Assembly: GCA_002104905.1 (NCBI GenBank) | Contig: MCFE01000754.1 | Coordinates: 1 to 39,102, forward strand | From: Basidiobolus meristosporus CBS 931.73 | Lineage: Eukaryota; Fungi; Basidiobolomycota | Length of the DNA stretch: 39,102 nucleotides | Reading direction: 5' to 3' | Shown here: one piece after another, positions 1 through 12,127 of the stretch | Numbering within the stretch: position 1 is the first letter of the stretch | Layout: each line of letters begins with the position of its first letter | Made by a program: the position numbers and the translations under genes | The notes under the pieces: generated by a model | Databases searched by the model: none | What the model was told of the DNA's origin: nothing | The model's input: only the letters and a program-made list of their open reading frames with translations

Positions 1-2
1 AT

Positions 3-155
3 CGCCTTTATTTAGTAAAGTGACAAGGTCATGATGCCAAACACAAAACCTTGGAACCTTACACCAACTTTGATAATGTTGCCCTCATCCATCAGTATTG
101 GAGCCACAGAGGAACCCAGAAGATATCAGAAAACTCCTCTCCTGGGAGGAAGTGA
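3..155 (+). pseudogene. Degenerate chromodomain at the end of a Ty3 (chromovirus) integrase, followed by a polypurine tract (GGGAGGAAG, 144-152)
   Basis: Frame 3 reads RLYLVK*QGHDAKHKTLEPYTNFDNVALIHQYW..., matching the chromodomain pattern YLVKW-G-x-TWEP-NL-YW with TGG>TGA; directly abuts a TG-starting LTR. Confidence 0.75.
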
Positions 156-852
156 TGTTGTTCATCAACATTGAAAACTTAGCTTATTTTACTACGTTAG
201 AAAATCTAGTACCCTAACTGAACTTCCCTAACCCAAACATAACTGATCTCAGTTAAGGTCTATTTTATCACTTCTCAGAATCTATTTTTAGCTGTCACAC
301 CTGATCAATTTTAATGTGGTCATTACATCCTCAACTGATCTGCTAAGCCTTTCCAAGTGATTAACCATCTGAAGTCTATCCAATCACTTAGCACTTGCAA
401 AGACATCAGCTGATTGATGATGCAATTTACCTTATACACTTATGAGCACCACTACAGATTTCAATTAGTCCAGTCTCTTGGCACTTAGTAAATCAACTTG
501 ATCCAAAAAATATATACAAAGCTTATTGAACCTTTTGCTTTAGTTTCTGTCTCAACAAAATTGAGATTGTTTGTCAGCAAACTAAGAATTCAACAATTCT
601 GTTCTAGTTTCTGCCCAAGCCTAGCATATTGAGCACTCCCAAGAGCACCAAGGCTAGCTTGCATAGCAAACCAACTCTGTTGCCTTTATAGCCCAACTCA
701 GCTACATTCAAGACCAATATTAGGCCAGAACCACTCTACTAATATTTCTGTCACTCTTGACAATTCTAAGACTCTGCACTTAGTTGTCACTTAGGTTCAG
801 TTAACTCATTCAAGAGTTCTATTACACTTTTCTCTTGGATAAAACACTAACA
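156..852 (+). repeat. 3' LTR of the chromovirus-like family C
   Basis: Starts TGTTG right after the PPT; 156-~770 is homologous in inverted orientation to 9817-10416; the end at ...CACTAACA (852) is tentative. Confidence 0.6.
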
Positions 853-853
853 T

Positions 854-931
854 TGTAGTAAGATTCTTGGAGATATTGGATGTGACTAGGAGGAGAAGTA
901 GATTATAAGGCTCTCACTTTATGATTCATTG
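854..931 (-). repeat. Diverged fragment of the copia-family LTR, interrupted by Ty3 element A
   Basis: TGTAGTAAGATTCTTGGAGATATTGGATGTGA...ATGATTCATTG aligns with TGTTGTAAGAGTCTTTGAGATATTGGAAGTGA...ATGATTTATTG at 21283 and 25616. Confidence 0.7.
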
Positions 932-1299
932 TGTTATGATCTGCCGCGTGAATGTTTAAGTTAGATCAGTCTTTAGTCAAATCATTTAGTATATGTTTAG
1001 GTTATCAGTATATCAGTATTATCTATGAAATCAGTAGCATTAGTCAGCAAATGAATCAGCAGATCCTTATCAGACAGAAATAGATATATTAAGTAGGATC
1101 TTATTGAGTGATGATGATGCAATCAAATGAGTCATTGGCCACAACCTACATTAGGAAATACAATTAGTAATCAATTGATCTGGCAAAATGTATATAAGGA
1201 GCTGCTGGAACCTCAATAAAAATCAGTTGACGTTTTAGTGAATACAATACTAGCTAAACTCCCTATTCCTCTACAACTCTTATACCAAGACTTGTAACA
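932..1299 (+). repeat. 5' LTR of Ty3 element A
   Basis: TG...CA termini with TGTTA/TAACA inverted ends; direct repeat of 5909-6276. Confidence 0.95.
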
Positions 1300-1357
1300 T
1301 TGGTAGCAGCAATAACCAGAGACCTCCCTCCTAAAGAAAGAAGAAACCACCCTCAAG

Positions 1358-2836
1358 ATGTCGGACAATCAAGAATGGAAGAATGCCATGCAGCAAATCC
1401 TGGCCCAACAGCAATAGGTGCTCCAGATCCTCAGCCAACAGCAACAAGGAATTACTACCATGGCTCAGAACCAGCAAAGCCCTGTTAAGAGCAACTTTAG
1501 TGTGAAGGTCAACCAATACCATGGCAGAGTCAATGAAAACCTGGGAACTTGGCTCTTTCAGATTGAAGAAGCTTTTAAAGCTAAAGGAATTGCTCCAGAA
1601 AGCAAGTTGCATTATGCAGCTTCTTACCTGGCAGATGCAGCTTTACAGTGGTACCACAACAAGATCAGGTCAGCCGCAATGATGGGATGCTGTACAATCT
1701 CTGCCTGGGATGAGTTTGTGTTGGAAATTCAGGATGCTTTTGAACCTCCACACCAGCAGACACTACTAAGAAAGATATTAATGACACTCAGACAGAAAGG
1801 AATGGTTCAAGAATACATCTATGAGGGCAGATGTCTACTTGGACAAATTGAAAGAATGGACCCCCTGGATCAAGTTGAATAATTTATTGATGGGTTAAAA
1901 GAAAGAACTTGCAAGGAAGTGAATTACCAAAGACCTCAGACTATTGAAGAAGCCATCAAGATTGCCATTGACTATGATTCAGCTATGTTTGGGGTTGGGA
2001 GGCCCATAATGACTAATCAGAGAGGCTACAACCACTATGAAAGAAGACAGTCAGAAGCAGTACCAATGGAAATAGAAGTTATGCAGAAGAATCCTACCTC
2101 AGAAGAATGTAAGAAGAAAGGACTTTGCTTCAATTGCCACCAGCAGGGACATATTGCAAAGTACTGCCCTCAGAGAGGTAATGGACTTGCAAAGTACTGC
2201 CCACAGAGAAGAAATGGACACCAGCTATCAAGAACCTTTAACCGTATTGAGGCCATGGAGCATAGTAACATGAAGGATGAGCTTGAAGAACACTCAGAAC
2301 TCACCTTCCACATGACAGAAGAGTACCTATTCCAGATGACCTCAAACTCAGGAAAGCCATTATACTTTAATGGAGTAATCAATGGAGTACCTGCCAAGAT
2401 CATGATTGATGCAGGAGCATTGCATGAGTACATGTCAGAACAATTTGCCTTAAAAGCTGGAATCAACTCAGAACCTACCAAATCAACTTCAGTCTCCACA
2501 GCTGATGGGAACTCTCACATTATCAACCGTATTACCCAGCCAGTAAGAATGAAGATCAATGACTATGAAGAAGACCTAGAGGCTTATATATTTGGGAACT
2601 GCAAGTTTGACCTTGTACTTGGAAAAGCCTGGCTACTTTGTTGTAATCCATCAATCAACTGGAGAACCCATGCTACTGAGATCCAAAAGGACAACAAGAC
2701 CTATGAGCTATTGCCTGCCAGGCTGGATTTTGACTTGGTCAATTCCAGTATGTGTGAGACAAGTGAACTTAGCAAGACCCAGTTCTGTAGAGCACTTAGA
2801 AAAGGTACTCAGATGTTCCTCATGGCGGTATTATAG
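1358..2836 (+). pseudogene. Ty3 gag (CCHC knuckle) and aspartic protease
   Basis: WLFQIEEAF/AALQWY gag motifs, CFNCHQQGHIAKYC knuckle, IMIDAGA protease motif; in-frame stops at ~1415 and 1880 (TAC in the second copy). Confidence 0.9.
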
Positions 2837-2878
2837 GGGGATTCCTCTACCCCAGCACCCCAGCAGGTCCAGACTCTC

Positions 2879-5800
2879 TTGAAGAAGTATTCAGACGTGT
2901 TTCCAGATGAGCTTGTAAGCCTACCACCAGTCAGAGATGTGGATCATGCCATTGATACAGGAGATAGCCCTCCAGTAAGCAAGACACCTTACAGAATGAG
3001 TCCATTGGAATTGGAGGAAATGAAGAGACAAATTGATCAGCTATTGGAGCAAGGATACATCAGGCCCAGCAAGTCACCCTGGGGAGCACCAGTGCTTTTT
3101 GTGAAAAAGAAGGATGGAACACTTAGGATGTGCATTGACTACAGAGCCCTGAACTCAGTTACCGTCAAGAATAAGTACCCCATACCTTGTTGAAATATTG
3201 GACTATTTGGTATCATTCAGCAGCTAAAAATTAACTTAACAATTCTAGGCTAGTCTTAGTCACTGTAGGACTCATTTACTGCCTTAACTTCGCCACTTTC
3301 TCCAGATATATGATCTTATGATTATTCCCCTATAGTCAGGATCAAATTAGCACTATTACCAAACATTATGTACTAACCCTGAAACTGTTACAGAATGCTC
3401 CTGAATATTGAGAAACCCTCCCTACTTAGTGTTGCAGCTGTATTACTTCTACAAAGGTATACATACTGAGCTTCTTTATGAATAAACAACAGTTCAACTA
3501 TTATCACTATTTCTTGATAAGTTCCTTATATCCAAATCACTTCTTAAATTGCAACATACCTTGGATTGCTGAGCTTTTGGACCAACTTAATGGAGCCACT
3601 ATTTTCAGCAAGAATGACCTCATGTCAGGATACAACCAGATTAGGGTGAAACCAGAAGATATCCCTAAGACAGCATTCAGGACCAGATATGGACATTACG
3701 AGTACTTAGTTGTGAGTTTTGGCCTCACTAATGCCCCTGCAACATTCATGACGCTGCTGTAGACTGTCTTTCAGGAGTACTTAGACAAGTTTGTGATAAT
3801 CTACCTGGATGACATATTGATATACAGTAAGACAGAAGAGGATCACATGGTGCACATTGAAAAGGTCTTGAAGAAGCTAAGCAAGAACAAGCTTTATGGC
3901 AAGCTACCCAAGCGTGAATTCTTCAAGGAACATGTTGAATATCTGGGACACATAGTGACTAGCACAGGAGTAACCTTAGACCCCAAGAAGGTGGAAGTAA
4001 TCAAGAATCTGAAACAGCCCCATAGCATATCAGAGCTCAGATCATTCCTTAGAATGGTTTCCTATTATCGGAGATTTGTCAAGTTGTTTGCAAGTATCTC
4101 AGCCCCTTTGCCTGATATCCTCAAGAAAGACAATACCTACAAGTGGGACATAGCTTGTGAGACTGCCTTCCAGACACTCAAGAATGAACTTGCTAAGCTG
4201 CCAAGCTTAAGAATACCAGACTTCAGAAAAGAGTTCACTCTGTGCACAGATGCTTCAGATTATGCAATTGGTGGAGTGCTGAGCCAAGAACACAAGGGAA
4301 AGAACTACCCTGTTGCCTTTGAATCCAAGAAACTGAACTCAGCAGAACAAAACTATCCAGTCCATGAGAAGGAGATGCTTGCTATAATACACTGTTTGAA
4401 GACATGGAGATGCTATATTGAAGAAGTCAAATGCACTGTGAAGACTGATCATTCCTCCCTCAAGTATATATTTACTCAGAAGGTACTCTCTAGAAGAATG
4501 ACACAATGGAGTGAATACATTCAGCAATTTGACCTGGCGATTGTCTACTGCCCTGGAAAAGACAACACGGTTGTTGACGCCTTATCAAGATTAGATCAAG
4601 TTGTAGAACTCAACTTGGTGCATGAATCAGATTGGCCTAGCCTATTACCAAAGTACTTGGAGGACCAAGCCATTCCTAATGAGGTGGATGAAGATATCAA
4701 GAAGATAATCCATGAGGAAGCCAGCAAATTTGTAGTACAGGATGAAGCACTCTACCAAATTGTTGATGGAAGCCCTATTGCCTATTGCCCTTATGTTTCT
4801 TGCCTGGATTTAATACATAAGCTACACAATGGATATGGACATCTTGGGATTGAAGGAATCTATAGCCTTGTGAAAGCCAAAGCATGGTGGCCCAGAATGA
4901 AACAAGATATTGAGAAGCTAGTGAAAACATGCCCAAACTGCCAAATCAATCAAGGCCAGCCACAAAGAATTGCCAAACTCTTCCCTTTGGAGCCTGTAAG
5001 ACCATTTAAGAGATGGGGAATTGACTTTATTGGAAGACTGCCAACTACCAGGAAATACAATTGTTGGATTCTATTAGCAATTGACCATGCCACTAAATGG
5101 CCAGTTGCTAAAGCTGTACCAATAGCCAGTGAACAAGAAGTTGCAAGTTTGATTTACCATGAGATCCTGATGAAGTTTGGATGCCCTGTGGAGATTTTAT
5201 CTGATAGAGGAGCAAGCTTTATGGCAAAGACATTAGAGGCTTACCTGGAAATGCAGCAGATCAGACACTTGAAAACCTCAGCATATCACCCCAGAACTAA
5301 TGGAGTCACTGAGTGGTTTAATGGATTATTTGGAAAAATGCTCACCAAGTATGCAAATGGAGTTGTCAGTAGATGGGATGAGTATGTAGACCAAGCACTC
5401 TTTGCATGCAGAGTCAGAGTACACAACACCACCCAGCAATCACCATTTTACTTAGTGTATGGATGTGAACCAAGGATTCCAGGAGATCTCACACAACCAG
5501 AGCTTACAGACACCTTAGAAGATGAATTCAGTCAGCTAAGTAGACACCAGCAACTGGAACAAAGATGTCAAGAGGCACAGACCAAAGTATCTCAAAGTGC
5601 AGAAAAGATGAAGCAGAGATTTGATAAGACTATAGCACCCAAAGCATTGACAGTTGGGAGCTTTGTATTGCTAAGAAACAACACTTGGAAGAAGTTTGAG
5701 CCACAATCGACAGGACCATTCAAGATCATCAGAGAATGTCCATTTGCAACTTACCAACTGGTGAATAAACAAGGCAATATCCGGGAAGACTTAGTGCATA

Positions 5801-5898
5801 GGGACAGACTCAAGCTTGCAAGACTTGCTGATAATACTGAACCATCAAGATATTGGTATCACCAGAAAAGAGATTCAGGAGAACCCTCTCAACTTTAG
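2879..5898 (+). pseudogene. Ty3 pol: reverse transcriptase, RNase H, integrase (no chromodomain)
   Basis: [61 protein letters not shown] zinc motif, WGIDF/SDRG/TNG core; broken by a frameshift near 2836-2879, a solo LTR and a stop at 3760. Confidence 0.93.
3188..3556. mobile_element. Solo LTR (369 bp) of another family inserted in the RT of element A
   Basis: TGTTG...CAACA termini, perfect 5-bp TSD TACCT (3183-3187 and 3557-3561); removing it restores the RT motif YPIP-(W<R)IAELLDQL. Confidence 0.92.
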
Positions 5899-5908
5899 TA
5901 GGGGAGAA

Positions 5909-6276
5909 TGTTATGATCTGCCACTTGAATGTTTAAGTTAGATCAGTTTTTAGTCAAATCAAGTAGTATATGTTTAGGTTATCAGTATATCAGTATTATC
6001 TATGATATCAGTAGCATTAGTCAGCAAATGAATCAGCAGATCCTTATCAGGCTGAAATAGATATATTAGGTAAGATCTTATTGGGTGAGGATGATGCAAT
6101 CAAATGAGTCATTGGCCACAGCCTACATTAGGAAATAAAATTAGTCAGCAATTGATCTGACAAAATGTAAATAAGGAGTTGCTGGAATCTCAATAAAGGT
6201 CAGTTCAAGTTTAAGTGAATACAATACTAGCTAAACTCCCTATTCCTCTACGACTCTTATACCAAAACTTGTAACA
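5909..6276 (+). repeat. LTR shared between element A and the tandem second copy
   Basis: Preceded by the PPT and followed by a second PBS TGGTAGCAGC and gag. Confidence 0.93.
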
Positions 6277-7200
6277 TTGGTAGCAGCAATAACCAGAAAC
6301 CTCCCTCCTGAAGGAAGAAGAAACCACCCTCAAGATGTTGGAAAATCAAGAATGGAAGAATGCTATGCAGTAAATCCTGGCCCAGCAGCAACAAGGATTG
6401 ACTACCATGGCTCAAAGCCAGCAAAACCCTGTCAAGAGTAACTTTAGTGTGAAGGTCAACCGGTACCATGGCAGAGTCAGTGAAAACCTGGGAACTTGGC
6501 TCTTTCAGATTGAAGAAGCTTTTAAGGTTAAAGGAATTGCTCCAGAAAGCAAGTTACATTATGCAGCCTCTTACCTGGCAGACATAGCTTTGCAGTGGTA
6601 CCACAACAGATCAGGTCAGCTACTATGATGGGATACTCTACAATCTCTACCTGGGTTGAGTTTGTGCTGGAAATTCAGGATGCTTTTGAACCTCCACACC
6701 AGCAGATACTACTAAGAAGGAAGTTAAAGACACTTGGACAGAAAGGAATAGTTCAAGAATACATCTAAGAGTACAGATGTCTACTTGGAAAAATTGAAAG
6801 AATGGACCCTCAGGATCAAGTTGAATACTTTATTGATGGGTTGAAAGAAAGAACTTGAAAGGAAGTGAATTATCAAAGACCTCAGACTATTGAAGAAGCC
6901 ATCATGATTGCCATTGACTATGATTCAGCTATGTTTGGGGTTGGGAGGCCCATAATGACTAATCAGAGAGGCTACAACCACTATGAAAGAAGACAATCAA
7001 AAGCAGTGCCAATGGAAATAGATGCTATGCAGAAGAATCCTACCTCAGAAGAATGTAAGAAGAAAGGACTTTGCTTCAATTGCCACCAGCAAGGACATAT
7101 TGCAAAGTACTGCCCTCAGAGAAGTAATGGACACCGGCCATCAAGAACCTTGAATTGTATTGAGGCCATGGAGCATAATAACATGGAGGATGAACTTGAA
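6277..7200 (+). pseudogene. Second, truncated internal copy of Ty3 element A (PBS and gag up to the start of PR)
   Basis: About 90% similar to 1300-2290 by eye; homology stops at ...GATGAACTTGAA (7200). Confidence 0.9.
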
Positions 7201-9816
7201 AATATTGCAATTTGGGATGATACCAATATAGGTGGGGGGTAATCCTTTTTAGGGAAGTGAACGTATGGGAATGAGCACATCTGCCTGTGGGTGTCACTGT
7301 GACCCCATTACACTGTATATGGTGTCCCTATGCTACACAGGTTTCAGAGTACTGATTTCTGATTGGTGGAATGTGCTGTGCCCTCTTAGAACCTTCCTGC
7401 ACCTACTTGGAATACACTCAGCTCACTCTGATGTCATTAGAATTTCTATTGATCTTTGGAACCTTCTGGAACAGCATTATTAGTAGTCACTTAGCCAGTG
7501 AGAGAAGTATATGAGGGAGGCAATCCATCAACTTTGAATCATCATCCCTTTTATCAATATACCAACTTGTTGATTAGTGTGATCACTGCTACCTGCTGCT
7601 GCCTGAACTTCCAACCCCAGATCACAGGACACTCCCAGTAAACTGTGCTGATAGCCAACTGACCTTAGAGGCACTACTTGTGAGGAATACTCAGAGTAGG
7701 TATCTTCTATTATATTTGATTCTTTCCCAAGCTTGTTCTTGTACAGGCAAGGAAATTTTTCTGTCTTTGTAACTATTAGACTTGTTCCGTTGGATAGTGC
7801 CACATTGAGCCATGAGTGCCAAATGATGCCATAGCATGCCAGGGAGGCCAAGTGAGCCTAAAATTGGCCACAGAGTGTGAAACATAGCTCTTCATCTTCA
7901 TGCAGAGCAGCCCCTGTGTTTCACCCATTGTGCTGGAGAAAATCCATTTTTTGACCTTTTTTTTTGGATCAATGTAGTGCAGGATGTGTAAGAACACAGA
8001 AGAATTGAAGACATGCACCTGGTACTCAATACCCATGGCACTCTGAATCTAGCTCCTGTAGCTTGTATCATGTCATAAAAATGAATGGCACTGTCTTGGT
8101 CCACTGGTACTATCTGACACTATAAGTGCTTTACATAGGTCTTACTTTAGGGCTAATATTTAAATATAGTGCCAGATAGTACCAGTGGACCAAGATAGTG
8201 CCATTCATTTTTGTGACATGATACAAGCTACAGGAGCTAGATTCAGAGTGCCATGTGTATTGAGTACCAGATGCATGTCATTGGTACTTCTGTCCTCTTA
8301 CACATCATACACAACACTGATCCAAAAAAAAAGGTCAAAAAATGGATTTTCACCAACACAAAGGGTGAAACACAGGGGCTGCTTGTCATGAAGATGCAGA
8401 GCTATGTTTCATACTCTGGGGCCAAGTTTAGGTCTGCTATGCCTCTCTGGCACGCAATGGCACTATTTGGCACTCATGGCTCAATGTGGCACTATCCAAT
8501 GGAACAAGTCTATTGACCACAGCTGCATTCTTATCAAGTCCCTGCTGGTGGAGTTTACAGTTGTTTTGACTTTGGAAGCTTTAGTACACTGTCATCTCAA
8601 AGAATACCAAGCCCAGCACATACTTTTGTTAAGACACCAACTGAGTTGAGGATTGTAGCTTAATAGTCATCCATTGACAAGCTTGTGGCTGTATTCCCCA
8701 TCACATTAGATTAGAGACAGAACCCAAGTATTTCTAGCAACCTTTTGCCAGAGGTTATTGCACCCAGTGAACACCCCACAAACAAAACACTTGAGAGGTG
8801 TTGAATGTATCTCTCCCTTGGACTTATACACCACCACAATGGTATTCTTTCTCTACTCCATGTTGCTTGGTGTGTGGAGAATATTGGGCCTTGTTTCATC
8901 TTTTTGGAATTTCCTATGAAGTGGATGTGTGGGGATATAGGAAGACAAGTCAAGTTGCAAGTACCACCATATGCCAATCTCATCAAGAATATTACCTTCA
9001 AGTCTGTGATGGATGTGATGGGTTGGTACATGGAGGACATCCAGGATGAGTTGGAAAAAACTGAGGACAGATGTGCACATGGAGACACCTATGCCTATGG
9101 AATTAAGAAGCTAAGCAACCCCAATGTGTGGGTAATCAGTTAAGTAATGCAAAGTTGTGTTTGGTGCAACAAGCCACTAATTTTGATTAGGAAAGCTCTA
9201 CCATAGTATGCCAGGTTTCTCTTAGTCACAAGCCAACTTCTATACCATTCAATACAGAATTCACACAACCAAGAGCCAGAGCCCACCTATAAGGGGGACT
9301 ATAACCCAGCAGGGAGAGGAATATTTTGGCTAAGTACCAAAAAGTTCTTTGCAGAAATTTAGAAGGTATTCATGTCAAAAGTGGTAGCAACTAAGCATAT
9401 GTTTGCAAGATGTATATGATTACAGCAGTACAAGGTAGATGGCAACTTTGCAAGTATCACACAAAAAAGCCACAAGGTGAAGGTGATAGAAGTATGTCAA
9501 TTGTGGCAGGTGTGCATGTTTGTAGAGGTTAGTAAGCAGTAGGCCATACTTTTTTTTTTGATTCAAACTATATGGGGACTACCCAAGGTAGTAGTGGGTA
9601 AGCAAATAAAGCAGGGTGATTCTACAGTGGAATTTATGAATTGCACAAGAAGAGGTAGAAAAGGAAATACCATCTGGTAAATTGGTACAGTAGCATTGTA
9701 TACAATTAGCTGTAGGCTGTAATACTGCCATGATAATGCCATTGGAGACTTGCAATGATACCATCAAAACATTGCTGAGCTTCCTGCCATATAAGGCAGC
9801 TGGATGTACTGGCCAG
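7201..9816 (+). mobile_element. Inverted, internally deleted remnant of the interior of DNA transposon D (no TIRs), carrying the transposase C-terminal region
   Basis: 7313-7777 and 8512-8830 match ~17655-18443 in reverse; ~8830-9816 matches ~14620-15600 in reverse (ENIGPC-x-F-x-EFPM motif in ORF 8805..9143). Confidence 0.82.
7778..8511. mobile_element. 734-bp foldback MITE derived from transposon D
   Basis: AGACTTGTTCC...GGAACAAGTCT termini, ~345-bp inverted arms with ~45-bp spacer, TSD ATT (7775-7777 and 8512-8514); the empty site AACTATTGACC is present in the homolog near 17980. Confidence 0.93.
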
Positions 9817-12127
9817 TTAGAATTGTCAGAGGGTGGTGGAAATATTAGTAGAGAGGTTCCTGTCTAATATTGGTCTTGTATATAGCTGGGTTTGGCTATA
9901 AAGGCAACAGGGTTGGTTTGCTTTGCAGGCTAGGCTTGGTGTTCTTGGGAGTGCTAGATATGCTAAGCATGTGTAGAACCTACAATGTAATTGTTGAGTT
10001 CTTAATTTTGCTGAGACACACACTGAACAAAAAGATTCAGTAAGCTTTATTTATACTTTGCTGATCAAGTTGAACTAGTAAGTGCCAAGAGACTGACTAG
10101 TTGAAATTTGTTGGGGTGTTGATAGACGCATAGAATAAATGAAAAATTGCACCATTAATCAGCTGATGTCTTGGCAACTGCTAAGTAGTTGGATAGATCT
10201 CAGATGAATAATCACTTGGAAAGGCTTAGCAGATCAATTGAGGATGCAATGACCACATGAAAATTGATCAGGTGTGACAGCTAAAAATAGATTCTGAGAG
10301 GTGATAAAATAGACCATAACAGGGATTAGCTATGTTTGAGTTAGGGAAAATCAGTTAGGGTACTAGATTTTCTAGCAGAGTAAAATAAGCAAAGTTTTAA
10401 ATGCTGATGCACCACACCTGGACTTAATCAGCTCTTAAAGTACATAAGATCCTCTGGTGTACATCTGACAACTTTGAATGGGCTTACGTATTTGGTGTCA
10501 AGTTTAGATTGTCATATTGAATCTAGTGTCATGACATATAGCCCATCTGAGAAGCTGCTGTTCCTGTGTCTTGAGGCATATGTTGAGCTCAACTTTTATT
10601 GTGAGGCTTTACTTCTGAAACTGATAGCAGGGTAGACAATGCTGGTAAGGAGGTCAAGTTGATTCTTTAACTTGTCTGTATTCAAACTTGCCAACTCTGT
10701 ATTCTGGTAGACTCCAAAGTGGTTGTATTTTTTCCAAACATCAAAGAAAATGGTTTTGAACCATGTAGAGCAGTAGTTTTGGTGTTGATAGCATACTGTA
10801 CAGTGGGAACATACTTGTCCCAATTCTTCTTGATATCTTTAATAGATTTCCTGATGATGTCCACTGAGGTCTGAACATGTCTTTCAGCAAGTCCATTAGC
10901 TCTGTGATTATACAGAGTGATAAGATGGTGATCAATGGTGCTATTCTGGCAAAAGACTTTGATCACATGGTTCACCAGTTTCTTTCCATTATCCAATTGC
11001 ATGACCTTAGGGGATCAAAAAAGGCAGAAGAGCTTGATTAGTGCTTGGAAAATAGTGGCAGCATACTTGTCTGGGATAGCTCTGAGAAAGACAAAACATG
11101 TGCAGATATCCATAATTGTAAAGAGGTAGTGATTACCATCATCACTAGTGGTGAAAGGTCCAGCCAGAACAATTTCAATATAATCCATTGGAAGGCTTGC
11201 ATGGATGGGACTCAAACGGTGTGGTCCATGGCAGCTTATATTGCAAAGCTGACATTCTCTGCAAGACTGGACAAATTCTAGGCTGTTGGCTTTGATATCT
11301 GGCCAGTGAGATCCATCAGAGTATAGCTTCTTTATAAGTGTGTAGCTCCTAAGTGGCCAAGTAACCAACTCCACTGTATCAATGTTTTCTTTTCATTAGC
11401 ATATGGGATTTACTAAGTTACTGAATCCAGTTGAGGAATTATTTTGGAAGTCGTAGTTAGCTCACTGATTATGTTGGTAATTACATATCCCTCCCAAGGA
11501 GAGGTTGGGAAAAGTCATGAAAGGTAGTCAGGCAGGATGTTGAGAATTCCTGGGCAATGAATAACTGTATACTCATAATCAGGCAGAGTATCAAGCCAGT
11601 TGATAGTCATTGGAGTGAGAGTCTTTTGACTGTGGATATAGACTAGGGCTTGGTGGTCAGTGTGCAAGTCAAAAGTGTTACCCCATAGATACTGGTGAAA
11701 CTTATTCAAGGCAAAAAAAGGGCAAGCAGCTCCTTCTTGATGGCTGAGTAGTTTCCCTTGCCAGGTTGTAGGGATCTGGCTTGAAAAGAGATCCAGTGAG
11801 GCAGATTTTGGTCTTCATCCTGGTATAGGACAGCTCCTAACCGCACATTAGATGCATCTGTAGCAACAACAAAGGTCTTAGTGAAGTCTGGGTAGGATAA
11901 GGTGGGTGCTTGTGGGAGTAATTGGCAGAGGTACTTAAATGCTTAGTCAGGAGCCTTGTTTCAGTCCAAGGGAAGATCAGGACTATGGCATAGTGCATTC
12001 AAAGTGGCACTTAATGAGCAGATGAGTGGCATGTGTTCCCTGAAATACTTGAGTACTCCAAGATAATGTTAGAGTGGGTTAGCACTAGTGGGCTTTGGCA
12101 ATTTAGAAATATTGACCAGTTTGAAAG
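9817..12127 (-). mobile_element. Degenerate Ty3 family C remnant: RT thumb, RNase H, integrase and partial 3' LTR (9817-10416)
   Basis: Minus strand reads YPDFTKTFVVATDASN, HCPGILNILPDYLS, HWPDIK...CRECQ, YNHRANGLAERHVQ, SKLDTKYVSPFKVVR; many stops. Confidence 0.85.

Larger units (their letters stand above)
932..6276 (+). mobile_element. Ty3/Gypsy LTR retrotransposon A (complete structure, degenerate ORFs)
   Basis: 368-bp LTRs 932-1299 and 5909-6276 (TGTTA...TAACA, ~27 mismatches by eye), PBS TGGTAGCAGC 1301-1310, PPT AGTAGGGGAGAA 5897-5908, domain order gag-PR-RT-RH-IN; no right-hand TSD because a second internal copy follows. Confidence 0.95.

Noticed and set aside
3478-3762. ORF with a novel N-terminus fused to RT
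   Set aside because: The first ~26 codons come from the solo LTR (to 3556); an insertion artefact
7799-7870. Short periodic repeats as a CRISPR-like array
   Set aside because: Only a 4-bp core at ~10-bp spacing, no repeat-spacer structure, no cas genes, eukaryotic context
7776-8516. Recurrent small ORFs (MDQDSA.HF.DMIQATG...) here and at 14076 and 26490
   Set aside because: They recur only because they lie in the TIR; lengths and frames vary between arms and no domain is recognisable
156-10416. Inverted LTR pair as the ends of one large inverted-repeat element
   Set aside because: Each copy is preceded by integrase-end sequence, so both are 3' LTRs of separate elements; no shared TSD
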